Assembly: GCF_001194135.2 (NCBI RefSeq)
Contig: NC_068986.1
Location: forward strand, 58,169,044 to 58,233,043
Direction of reading: 5' to 3'
From: Octopus bimaculoides
Taxonomy: Eukaryota
Length of the DNA: 64,000 nucleotides
Of this stretch, positions 12,980 to 25,912 are shown one piece after another. The notes under the pieces were generated by a model. That model saw only the letters and a program-made list of their open reading frames with translations, had not been told where the DNA came from and searched no databases. The number at the start of each line of letters is the position of its first letter. The stretch's first letter is position 1. A program made the translations under genes and the position numbers.

Positions 12980-13300
12980 GATGATCCGAGAACCTGGTGA
13001 AACTCATCGACTCGTTCCTCGGTTCAATTTACTGAGAGATTCCTGTGATTTATATCGGGTTTATTTTGGCAGCGTGGCTAGTGTCTTTTACTGTAGTCGC
13101 AGACCGACCAAAGCCGTGAGTAGATTTGGCAGAAGAAAACTGAAAGAAGCCCGTCATGTGTATGTCTGTGTTTGTCCCAGTAACTTAGTGGTTCGACAAA
13201 AAGGTCCGACAGAATAAGTAGCCCGCTTAAAAATAAACCATTGAAGGTGGTCCCAGCATGCCGGTAGTCCCACAACTGAAACAACTAAAACATAAAAAAG
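12980..13300 (+). mobile_element. Degenerate family B SINE
   Basis: gaccgaccaaagccgtgagtagatttggcagaagaaaactgaaagaagcccgtc...taacttagtggttcg matches the family B body. Confidence 0.7.
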
Positions 13301-13307
13301 GTAAAAG

Positions 13308-13348
<41 letters not shown>

Positions 13349-16300
13349 AATACACATATATATATATATACATATATGTGTGGGGAGGATGGCAAATGCA
13401 TGTATGTGTATATGTATTTATATGCATATTTAAATGCCTATGTATGTGTGTGGGAGGGTATAATATGTGTGTGTGTGTATGGGTGTGTTTATCTATGATC
13501 TTGCATGTCTATATGTGTAGATAGATAGATAGACATGTTATAATATATATTCCATTTTTCCTTGCTTCGACGGCAGTACTCAACTGGACAATTAAATCGG
13601 GTCACACGGTATGGGTGAAAGATGGAAAGAGGTGTAATATAAAGAATGTGAACAGTTAAAGAAGAAACTTCACAAACAAAAGAAACGAATATGTCAGGCT
13701 ATTAAAATTGGCCTTAGTTTAATTTATAGTGGCTATTATTGTTGTTATGATCAAAAGTAACCCAGACGGGGCTATCTCGTCTGGAGTTTTTTCCTTTCCT
13801 TTCTTTCTTTACAGGTATCAAAGAAAACACGCTACTCTTGTCTGAATCTTAGCCACGAGGTCTTAAACAAGTTAAAGAAATAAATAATATCAGTAACTAC
13901 ATTCTGTAGAATCTGATAGTGATTTAATTACTATTTTTAGTAACTTGAGTGACCAGTAAAGAATTCATTTGATAATAGCGATGCTCTGGTCATCGCTATT
14001 TGGTGTTACAGAAACAAAATTCAACACCAAATATATAAACACCAATTCTGTTTTACGCTCCACTTTGTTTCTAGACATAATTATTTAATAATACTTCTTT
14101 GTAGGAAGTTAAAAGTTACCTGGACATTTTTCTAGGAAAGTTACCTTAGAGAGACTAGCAGCCTTTCCAGGATGTATAATGTTGATCAAATCTTGTTACC
14201 ACACGCATAATGGCTTTACATAAAGTGAATTCGATCATGGTGGTTGGGCGCAATAGAATTAATTAACCACTAAACCTATCGTATGATTTAAGAGAAATAC
14301 GTATAAATAGTTTGATCACTGTAGTCCTGATGGTCATGTTGGAACGCCTTTGATCAGAGAACTAACTTGGTGCTAAGCAATATTAACTTTTTATATGGTA
14401 GCTCGAACTGCTACAAATAGCAGTCAAATTGCCTCCGAATTACAAACATTCCATCTTGAACAGGAGTGAAATTACATAATGTGGCCCTGGATACTTCATA
14501 CATTCATCAAAACGGATGACGTGAACGGATACCCACGACCCTTCTTGATTCCTGGAGAGTAAAGGAAGAGTCAAATCCAGGATATGACAGGTACCTTACT
14601 GATCCCAGGGGAATGAAAGGAAGCTCGCACGATTAGACCAATTCGTTAGCCAATGCCATATGAGTCAACTTGGTAGACGAATCTGTGCGGAAGAGCCAGT
14701 CGTGTTTGTTGTATACCTGTGCCTGTGTGTCTCAGCGCCCGACGACCGGTCAAGGTTTATTTACGACCGTGTAATATAGTAGTCTGACAATCAGTGACCA
14801 ACAGGAAAAGTACTGCAGTTGATTTGATCATTAAAGGTTTTCAAGGTGTTTCCCTTGCATGTTCCTAGTGAATGGCTGAAACACTACCCTATGCCAAATT
14901 TAAATAAAACATCTACGTATTAAACACTCACATACACAAACATCAGTTATTTACATAGAATGTGTGTGTGTGTGTATGCTGGCGCGCGCGCGCGTTTGAG
15001 TGAGCACGTACATTTGAATACAGTTGATCGAGTAAAATATTTGCGGGCAAACAAACAAGAGAAGGAAACGGGCGTTCGTTCCCTACTATCGGTACAATGC
15101 TATGCTCAGAGCTGAAATTCATATTTACTTTAGTAATTATAGTAGGACTAACAACACACACTTTCACACATTCGGGTGAGCATATGCAGCGGTAACGCTA
15201 CAAAAGTCAGTAGCGTTTAAGTTTCTCTCTGAACCGTATAATGATACAAAACTTGGGAATAAGTACTATCCAGGTGATAAGTAGATTTCCCCCAGCAAAT
15301 GGATACATGTATGATGTGTGTGTGTGTCAAATCGCCAAGTTTATCTTGTGTTCCTGTAGTAGCTGTAATCTTGTTTATATGTGTAATAAATGCACTACGG
15401 GAAATATAAACCAATGTTTGACTTATTAATAAATATATTCTTTGTAATATTTTTCGCAACGTGTTCATTATATGTATATCATTTGTTTTAGTCACTAGGC
15501 TGCGGCCATGGAGAATTTTTAGCGGATTGAATTGACCCCAGTACTTATTTTTTCTCGGGCCAAGTACTTATTCTATCGTCTCTTTGGCCGAACCGCTAAT
15601 GAATATATATTTAGTATTTCAGTGATGAGTAAAATATCAATTTATAACTAATGATACACTTCAAGATGCCTTGATGATTTACACACAGACATACATATAG
15701 ATATATAATAAACGACAATACGTTTTTTTTTTTTTTTGGTAAATAATAAAAATATGACGTAATGTCTCATAGCAGTTTTAAAAAATGAGATATTAGAGAA
15801 AAAAAATCTCATAATATTAATGGGCAGAACAAATAAGATAGTTTGGTATTGATGCCAAATAACCAGAATCTTACATATTGTTCTACTCTATAGTAGCCAT
15901 ATGTTCGAGTAAGATATGAATTACGTTTAATATAATTAATAACTCAGTGTGTGCGTGTATGTGCAAAAATGAACAAGTATACGTATGTATATNNNNNNNN
16001 NNNNNNNNNNNNNNNNNNNNNNNNNNNNNNNNNNNNNNNNNNNNNNNNNNNNNNNNNNNNNNNNNNNTATATATATATATATATATATACACACGTGTAC
16101 GTGTACACACGTACACACGTACACACACACACACACAGAGTAAAGTTTGTTTTGCAAAGCGAAACTCTCTCATGTTTCGGGTAAAACCCTCTTTCAGTTA
16201 GGAAATACGCACACGCAGAAATACTTGTACATAAATGTTATGCTTCTCTATATGTTTGTATGCAAGGTACCTTTTTTTTTTATATATATACTCTCTGTAT

Positions 16301-16479
16301 AAATGAATAGATGCAAATGTTTTAGTGATTTTATTTTCAAACAAGGTAACAAGGCACACCTTCATCTAGAAAGATTTCAGTATTCAGTGAAACACGTGGA
16401 TGTGGAAGTTATTTTTTGTTTCCAGCGGCGTTTTATTTAGTTGATAGTAAAGTTCTTCCCTCTGTATTAATATCGAAGG

Positions 16480-16950
16480 TCTAACACAATATGTTTCGCG
16501 GTTGTTGTTGAACTCCAGCTTAGCCCTAATCGAGCGCAACTACTATCAAATATTTTCCAACAGTGACCAACTCGTAAATTTGTATACCTAGGACTATATT
16601 ATCCGATATTTTGGTGATGTTGCTTAGTCCGATCGGGTTATAATGGAACAAACATGATTAAACAACATTCCAGACGGGGCCATCTTTATTTTATAATTAA
16701 AAATAGTAATAGTAATTTATGCGATTTGAGGGAAAAGTGGTTGCTAAGTTTAGCATTTCAAGCATCTGGCTATAGCTTGGCCTCGCATTAGCTTGTTTTT
16801 CTCCGAACAGGCATAATCAGACGTTTCAACCATGGCCATCGCATCATTTTCGAGCTATGAAGGCAATATTGACCAATATGTTCTGTCTTTACATAAGATA
16901 GTAACGTGCGATTTCGGAGGATTTGGTTGCTATTTTTAAAACCCCTGCTA
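16480..16950 (+). repeat. Two tandem family C repeats
   Basis: cagcttagccctaatcgagc, ctaggactatattatcc, gatttgagggaaaagtggttgcta and gatttcggaggatttggttgctatttt motifs. Confidence 0.65.
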
Positions 16951-17142
16951 TACTCAACGTACAGCTATATACTTACATATATGTATACATATCTAAATAT
17001 ACATAGATCTTTATACACACAGGCTTCCATATACATATTTACGCTGGTATAATGAGGAACGCTTAGCTGCTACAGCATGTAGATGGAACGCCAGTTCACT
17101 CGGGTATATAATAGCCACAAGTAGCTAATTCATTATTATTAT

Positions 17143-17197
<55 letters not shown>
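17143..17197. repeat. (TAG)n microsatellite
   Basis: Perfect agt/tag run following a short (ATT)n. Confidence 0.95.
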
Positions 17198-17198
<1 letters not shown>

Positions 17199-17959
17199 AT
17201 GTTGACTATACAAATAGCATAATAGCGTAGAGAAAAATATTTTTATATGGCGTGTAACCAAATTTGAATCTATGGAGAAAAGCAAGTAGATATATATATA
17301 TATATATATATATANNNNNNNNNNNNNNNNNNNNNNNNNNNNNNNNNNNNNNNNNNNNNNNNNNNNNNNNNNNNNNNNNNNNNNNNNNNNNNNNNNNNNN
17401 NNNNNNNNNNNNNNNNNNNNNNNNNNNNNNNNNNNNNNNNNNNNNNNNNNNNNNNNNNNNNNNNNNNNNNNNNNNNNNNNNNNNNNNNNNNNNNNNNNNN
17501 NNNNNNNNNNNNNNNNNNNNNNNNNNNNNNNNNNNNNNNNNNNNNNNNNNNNNNNNNNNNNNNNNNNNNNNNNNNNNNNNNNNNNNNNNNNNNNNNNNNN
17601 NNNNNNNNNNNNNNNNNNNNNNNNNNNNNNNNNNNNNNNNNNNNNNNNNNNNNNNNNNNNNNNNNNNNNNNNNNNNNNNNNNNNNNNNNNNNNNNNNNNN
17701 NNNNNNNNNNNNNNNNNNNNNNNNNNNNNNNNNNNNNNNNNNNNNNNNNNNNNNNNNNNNNNNNNNNNNNNNNNNNNNNNNNNNNNNNNNNNNNNNNNNN
17801 NNNNNNNNNNNNNNNNNNNNNNNNNNNNNNNNNNNNNNNNNNNNNNNNNNNNNNNNNNNNNNNNNNNNNNNNNNNNNNNNNNNNNNNNNNNNNNNNNNNN
17901 NNNNNNNNNNNNNNNNNNNNNNNNNNNNNNNNNNNNNNNNNNNNNNNNNNNNNNNNNNN

Positions 17960-18001
<42 letters not shown>

Positions 18002-20298
18002 TATAGGAATAATAATCTAAGCTGGTTTATTTCAGGATAGGTGATCCTATGCATTTTTCTACATGTATATCTGAATATATTATATAAATAATATCATTAC
18101 TAATAATATTTATATTGATAATATACTTCCTATATTGTAATGAAACAAGTAACATGAAATAACTGATATACCAAACTTCCCAGTGTTTATTTTAAAATAT
18201 ATATACATATTATTTATGTATGTAACAATGCATGATATATGTATTGCGTGCGCGCGCGCGTGTGGGTGCGTGCGTGTGTATGTGTGTGTGTGTTACAGTA
18301 TTGCCATAAAAACGCGAGCTCTAATTACATTAATATCTTAACAAAACTTATCGGCAAAGAGAAATTTCTCAAGTGTGACTTCTGCATTAAAAACATATAG
18401 TTAAGCGCAAGCTACGACACGCCATGTTCATAACCTTTATACATGTGCGCTCAAACACACAGGTGTGTAGATGTGAATTTTCAATAATGCTTAAATATAT
18501 TTTGTTTTCAATGAATAGGAAGGTAGACAACCCTTCATAGTGTGTATTTATTTCTGGAACTAAATATGAACTTTAAAATATTGAGTTTAGGCATATGTGT
18601 GTTTGTAAATATATGGTGTGTGTGTGTGTGTGTATAGGTATATGTATATATACACACACAGATATATATATATATATATATATATATANNNNNNNNNNNN
18701 NNNNNNNNNNNNNNNNNNNNNNNNNNNNNNNNNNNNNNNNNNNNNNNNNNNNNNNNNNNNNNNNNNNNNNNNNNNNNNNNNNNNNNNNNNNNNNNNNNNN
18801 NNNNNNNNNNNNNNNNNNNNNNNNNNNNNNNNNNNNNNNNNNNNNNNNNNNNNNNNNNNNNNNNNNNNNNNNNNNNNNNNNNNNNNNNNNNNNNNNNNNN
18901 NNNNNNNNNNNNNNNNNNNNNNNNNNNNNNNNNNNNNNNNNNNNNNNNNNNNNNNNNNNNNNNNNNNNNNNNNNNNNNNNNNNNNNNNNNNNNNNNNNNN
19001 NNNNNNNNNNNNNNNNNNNNNNNNNNNNNNNNNNNNNNNNNNNNNNNNNNNNNNNNNNNNNNNNNNNNNNNNNNNNNNNNNNNNNNNNNNNNNNNNNNNN
19101 NNNNNNNNNNNNNNNNNNNNNNNNNNNNNNNNNNNNNNNNNNNNNNNNNNNNNNNNNNNNNNNNNNNNNNNNNNNNNNNNNNNNNNNNNNNNNNNNNNNN
19201 NNNNNNNNNNNNNNNNNNNNNNNNNNNNNNNNNNNNNNNNNNNNNNNNNNNNNNNNNNNNNNNNNNNNNNNNNNNNNNNNNNNNNNNNNNNNNNNNNNNN
19301 NNNNNNNNNNNNNNNNNNNNNNNNNNNNNNNNNNNNNNNNNNNNNNNNNNNNNNNNNNNNNNNNNNNNNNNNNNNNNNNNNNNNNNNNNNNNNNNNNNNN
19401 NNNNNNNNNNNNNNNNNNNNNNNNNNNNNNNNNNNNNNNNNNNNNNGTGTTCATGCTATATATGTACACACACACACACACACACACACACAAATATACA
19501 CTTGTATGTAAATATGTAGATATATATAAACGTAAACGTATAAATGCATGTATTTATAATGTTAATATACATACATATGTAAATATATATGCATGCCTCA
19601 AAATATATACTTATATGTATATTTATGTATATATCATGTGTATAAAACTAAACATGTATCATCTACATACATGTACACATGCATGGAAATACAACATACA
19701 CACTGGTGTATGTTTGTGCATATATATATATATATATACGTGCATAAATGTAAAAACTTGTGCATAATATGTATTAGTGTTCATGTTGTATCAGATAAAC
19801 TGATAAATTCAAGAAAAAAATGGAATTTTTCCTCATTATTTGGTTTGGTTTGTTGGAGAAGCGCCACAGGCTTCAGTAATTCTTTCGTGGAATCTATATT
19901 GGCTTTGTTGGTGATTTTTTTTCTTTTCTGTTATTTTTCCTTTTAGTTACTTTCTTTGAAATTCTACTTTTTGTTTCCTTAGTGTTCTCTTGAACTTGAA
20001 TTGAGAAGATAATTTAGGTGTCTTGGAGCATCTAAGAAATACAGTATACAGTTGCAGATATACATATTTGCCTGTGTTTATACATTTTATATATATCTAT
20101 ACTTATGTATCTGTACATGTGTGTATATTCATGTGTATATAGACATATATCTACATAAATGCTTACACATGTATCAACTTATACAAACGTTCATGCTGAT
20201 ATATACACATATAAGTATACATATTCATTTATATACATATATATTAACACACTCATATACGTGTGTTATATATATATATATATATATATATGCATAAG

Positions 20299-20333
<35 letters not shown>

Positions 20334-23310
20334 ATACACACACATATTAATGTACATTTGTGTATGTTTGTATAAATAAAGACAGATTTTATATATAGAC
20401 ATATATATGTATGCAAAGAATATATATGTATGTAAAGAAAGAGAACACACACACACACACACACACACACATGGTGTGTGTATAACGATATTTTAAGTAC
20501 TAACTTTACACCCACTTATAAACCCGCAGAGAAATAAACACGAGGCGTGTATATCGTTGCATGTGGGGAATATGTAATAACAATAAATCTGTTCACACAC
20601 ACGTATTTATATAGCTCAGAAAATACATATATGCGTGTATATACTTACAAATATGTTGTTGTTGTTGTTGCATGTGTGCGTGTTGTGTGTGCGCGCGCGC
20701 GCAGTTATAGAGGGAAAATATAGTAGTTTTTCCTGTTTAACCCCAATCAGAAACCTTCGATCAGAGTGAATCTTCCAAGTGAACATCATGTATCTATTTT
20801 TAAAGGATTATCTAAAAATTGCATCATTTAATATATGTATCCTTTGCTTTCTTAAGAGAGTTGCGCTTAATTTTGAATGCAATTTGGCTGCTATCTTTAC
20901 CAGGTTGGGCGATGACTGTGGAATCCACTTTGTAGGTACGCATACGTTTGTATACATATGTTCATATATAATAAAAATATTAGAGATGCATGTTGAAATT
21001 TACAGCTCTAGAGTGTATCCCTATGTATGTATGTAAAATGCTTGTGCGTAGATGAGTTTGTGATCTATATTGCAAGAGCGATGTACAATTGGTAGAAGAT
21101 GGAGTAAAGATAAATACTAAATCTACAAGTAGCACATGACAGTGGTGGCATGAACAATTAGTATGTATATATATATATATATATATATGAATTTATGCAA
21201 GCGTTTTCTAACAATTTTAACTACCTATCTATCTGTTCTTTAATAACTTCACAAGCGGCCTTTGGTGTGTGGAGGATACAGCGTCCATGTATATAAATAT
21301 GTGTGTGTGTGTGTTTGTGTGAAAACAAATATACGTATATTTTTGTATTGTTTCACATCTATTACATACGTATGTAGTATAATGATATCCAGATGAATTC
21401 GATGATTTCCTCCAGACTTAAAGGTTTCGTGCAGTTAACGTTAGTCAAATGTATATATCGGTGTGTTTAAAAGAATTACACACACATTTCTACGTATATC
21501 TATGTAATGGTACGCTATGCCAGTGTGTGTGTATTTTGTTTGCTATTTAAAATGTATATTTGATACTGTCATGTGTGACGTATATCTTTAAATATATATG
21601 AGTATACATATATCCGTGTCTATAGTCAAATTTTGTTTTAGAGTTATATGAACTTAAATATTTCTCTGCAAGCATTTGTGTGTTCAGTACCCGCGTTGAT
21701 GGTTAACTTCACAAACATATCGCATGACTCTCTTACTTATGTTTAAATTAACTTGCACACCCGCAAGTAAACTAGCTGTAAGCAATACACACACACGTAT
21801 AGATATTCATACACACACCCTCACACATTTATATATCCCACCTAATACATTGATAATTACACACACACAAACGAACTTTGAATTTATATTTAAATATGTG
21901 TGTGTGTGTGTGTGTGTGTGTGTATTATAGCGATGTCCATTCAGAATCGTTTGAGAGGTGGGTATATGTTCCACCTCCTTATGTTCTGAGTTCAAATATT
22001 TTTTGTTCGATGTTCGTTTAAAAGATAAAACTAGCTAAGTTCGATCCTCTCTCGATTCATCTATATTTAGGACATTCCTCTTGATCAAGTGTGTCCGTGT
22101 CTGATATATATATATATATATATACAAACACTATTTCTTTAGTGCCTATCGTATTCTAGTCCTTCCTGAACTACCATATACGTGTATATACACACACATA
22201 CTATTGATGTGTGAGTATGCATACTGTCCATACATTCGGGGAGATGAATGCACAGTATACATGCTACGGTTTGTGGGTACATCGAATACCTATTGCCCCA
22301 TTCATATTTAATTGGATTGTATGTTACATGATTTCAGTTTACATATATATATACAGACACATAGCTATTTGTGTGTGTGTGTGTGTGTGTGTGCAGAAAT
22401 AACATACACAAAGAGATTTATGTGTGTATGTAAGCAGTAAAACATACAGAATATGAATAAACTTTATATTTAAGTGGTCGATTACAAAACGCTTTCATGT
22501 ATTCGCGTTTGTGCTTTCATTTGAGAGCGTTTGCTGAGAATTACAATTACATTGATTATGCATAATCTACACACTGCAACCAGCACGTACATATCTGTAT
22601 ACACAACCATACAGGTACACCACACTGAACCATACATCCCTACATATAGACATAGCTACGCATACACTTAATGTACCGAGTTTTAAAAGAAAATGAAAGC
22701 TATACATAGCGCGTATATCCTATTTTCTTTTCTTTTGTAATATACATACATGAGTATGTATATATATATATATATATATCATCATAAATATACAGGGATT
22801 AGCAATTGAGATCCCTGTATATTTATGATGATAAATAGTTTTACCGATAAAGGTTTTTTTCATACTGAACTACTTGGCAAAATTGTTAATTATTAATTCT
22901 ATTATTAATTGACGATTCTCTGCCCTTATTCTTGNNNNNNNNNNNNNNNNNNNNNNNNNNNNNNNNNNNNNNNNNNNNNNNNNNNNNNNNNNNNNNNNNN
23001 NNNNNNNNNNNNNNNNNNNNNNNNNNNNNNNNNNNNNNNNNNNNNNNNNNNNNNNATATATATATATATATATATATATATACATGTTTATATCCATAGC
23101 AAGACCATAACATACATGTGTACCGCGAGATACAGCTGACAGACCTCCCACACATGTCCTACAAAACTACTTAATATACATACATACGTGAATATACACA
23201 CCTGCCTAAATTGTATACATACTTATATTACTACCTACCGCAAATAATTTTAAATGAGACATACGAAGTATGCATGTTTCACTGGGATTACTAACCATCA
23301 ACGCAATACA

Positions 23311-23356
<46 letters not shown>

Positions 23357-24208
23357 TATACATATACCTTACAGGTACACAACACATAACATTCTACGTA
23401 TGCAACCAGAGTTATGTACACAACATAATTTGTTTAATTTCCGTGCATAGCGACAAAATAACATAAGCTAACCATACGTACGCGCTACATATACGTAGCT
23501 ACACTAAATATGTTGAATCACGCACCTATATACACGCTTTCAGAATACTGCTAAACATGCGCAATTTTCACACTTTTTCTGAGAGGTCTGCTGTAGCCCC
23601 ATACAGTTTATACTGCACGTTATTCCGATGCATGCAAGTGTTTGTGTGTGTGCGCGCATTTATATATATATATATATATATATATNNNNNNNNNNNNNNN
23701 NNNNNNNNNNNNNNNNNNNNNNNNNNNNNNNNNNNNNNNNNNNNNNNNNNNNNNNNNNNNNNNNNNNNNNNNNNNNNNNNNNNNNNNNNNNNNNNNNNNN
23801 NNNNNNNNNNNNNNNNNNNNNNNNNNNNNNNNNNNNNNNNNNNNNNNNNNNNNNNNNNNNNNNNNNNNNNNNNNNNNNNNNNNNNNNNNNNNNNNNNNNN
23901 NNNNNNNNNNNNNNNNNNNNNNNNNNNNNNNNNNNNNNNNNNNNNNNNNNNNNNNNNNNNNNNNNNNNNNNNNNNNNNNNNNNNNNNNNNNNNNNNNNNN
24001 NNNNNNNNNNNNNNNNNNNNNNNNNNNNNNNNNNNNNNNNNNNNNNNNNNNNNNNNTATACAGCGAGAGAGAGAGAGATATATATCTGCACACTCACACA
24101 CGCTTATATTCTGATATTCGATGAGAATATAATCGGAGTATGTTTGTCGACGAGATAACTTGTGTACCAGACACAGTATGTATTGCATTAACTTATCATG
24201 AATCCTCC

Positions 24209-24243
<35 letters not shown>

Positions 24244-25312
24244 GTGCATATTATACAACATAACTACGATAAATACGTATAGCCCGCAATCAAGCATATC
24301 TACAAGCGAGCTAAATATGTTGCTAGAACCATGGATAGCACACATCGTACACAAGCACACACAAATACATTTATATATATATATATACATTTATATGTAC
24401 AGACATGTATACGTACATACATACATTGCACACATAAACTTATTTCACGTACTAGAAACTTACGTTTCAGATGCGTATGTGTATGAATATATATATATAT
24501 ATANNNNNNNNNNNNNNNNNNNNNNNNNNNNNNNNNNNNNNNNNNNNNNNNNNNNNNNNNNNNNNNNNNNNNNNNNNNNNNNNNNNNNNNNNNNNNNNNN
24601 NNNNNNNNNNNNNNNNNNNNNNNNNNNNNNNNNNNNNNNNNNNNNNNNNNNNNNNNNNNNNNNNNNNNNNNNNNNNNNNNNNNNNNNNNNNNNNNNNNNN
24701 NNNNNNNNNNNNNNNNNNNNNNNNNNNNNNNNNNNNNNNNNNNNNNNNNNNNNNNNNNNNNNNNNNNNNNNNNNNNNNNNNNNNNNNNNNNNNNNNNNNN
24801 NNNNNNNNNNNNNNNNNNNNNNNNNNNNNNNNNNNNNNNNNNNNNNNNNNNNNNNNNNNNNNNNNNNNNNNNNNNNNNNNNNNNNNNNNNNNNNNNNNNN
24901 NNNNNNNNNNNNNNNNNNNNNNNNNNNNNNNNNNNNNNNNNNNNNNNNNNNNNNNNNNNNNNNNNNNNNNNNNNNNNNNNNNNNNNNNNNNNNNNNNNNN
25001 NNNNNNNNNNNNNNNNNNNNNNNNNNNNNNNNNNNNNNNNNNNNNNNNNNNNNNNNNNNNNNNNNNNNNNNNNNNNNNNNNNNNNNNNNNNNNNNNNNNN
25101 NNNNNNNNNNNNNNNNNAAGTGATCAGCATCATTAATTAGACACTTAACCGTTTAGCCCTTAATTTAATTTTACATACACACATACATACATGTATGTGT
25201 CTATGTATATATACCTATTCTTATAACGTATGTTTATAATAATATTAACATTATATGTGGTGTATCTATATTGTATTTTCTTTGTTTTGTTGTTTTGGTC
25301 ATATTTACTTAC

Positions 25313-25385
25313 TTTTACAAGAGTGATAAAAGTCCATCATATTAATATTGGTATTATGGTAACGATACGCCGTACTTAGATCCAT
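25313..25385 (-). CDS. Pax2/5/8: First coding exon of a paired-box gene, probably Pax2/5/8 (24 aa plus 1 nt, phase-1 intron)
   Basis: Reverse complement reads aaaacATGg, then an open frame MDLSTAYRYHNTNINMMDFYHSCK+A ending exactly at a GTAAGT donor (+ strand acttac 25307-25312). MDFYHSCK resembles vertebrate PAX2 MDMHCK, and a phase-1 intron before the paired box matches Pax2/5/8 gene structure. Identity is recalled, not searched. No paired-box exon was found in the sequenced part of the window. Confidence 0.62.
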
Positions 25386-25879
25386 GTTTTTTTTTTGTTT
25401 TTTGTTTTTTTTTTTTAAAGTTCTGTTGACAGCGGGACCGCTCGTCAACCAACCAGCCGTTGGAGCGTGTTGGACTTGTTGTAATAGTTGTAGTAGTAGT
25501 TGTAGTGCTGCTGGTTCTGGTTGTGGTAGTGGTGGTGTTGTTGATAATTTGCTGTAGTATTAGTAGCAGCAGCAGCAGTAACAGCAGCAGTAGCGATAGT
25601 GGTGGCGGTGGTGGAACTGCTGAATTTTTTTATTTTCTTTTGTATTATTTTGTTGTTAAATTTTTTGTGTATGGTGGCTTATATGTGTCTGTATGAATGT
25701 GTGTGTATATGTGGAGCGACGGTTTTTGTTTTAAGAATCTATTTAGTTAATGCTCTTTCTTGTGTATATATGTGTGCAGATAGATATGCATGAATACAGA
25801 TATATAAGTGTGGGTTCATAAGTGTCCGTATATACAATATATGTATGTGTGTGTGTGTGTGTGTGTCTACATATATATA

Positions 25880-25912
<33 letters not shown>

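Noticed and set aside
13795-13885. Strong polypyrimidine tract and acceptor ttacag|gtatca
   Set aside because: The tract is the T-rich part of a family C repeat, the frames close quickly, and no convincing donor follows.
19790-20040. Lysine-rich minus-strand stretch after tttcttag
   Set aside because: All three frames contain stops shortly after the acceptor, and no homology was recognised.
20904-20935. Apparent plus-strand microexon (ccag|...|gtacgc, LGDDCGIHFV)
   Set aside because: Lies inside a family C repeat motif (atttggctgctat...caggt..gcga).
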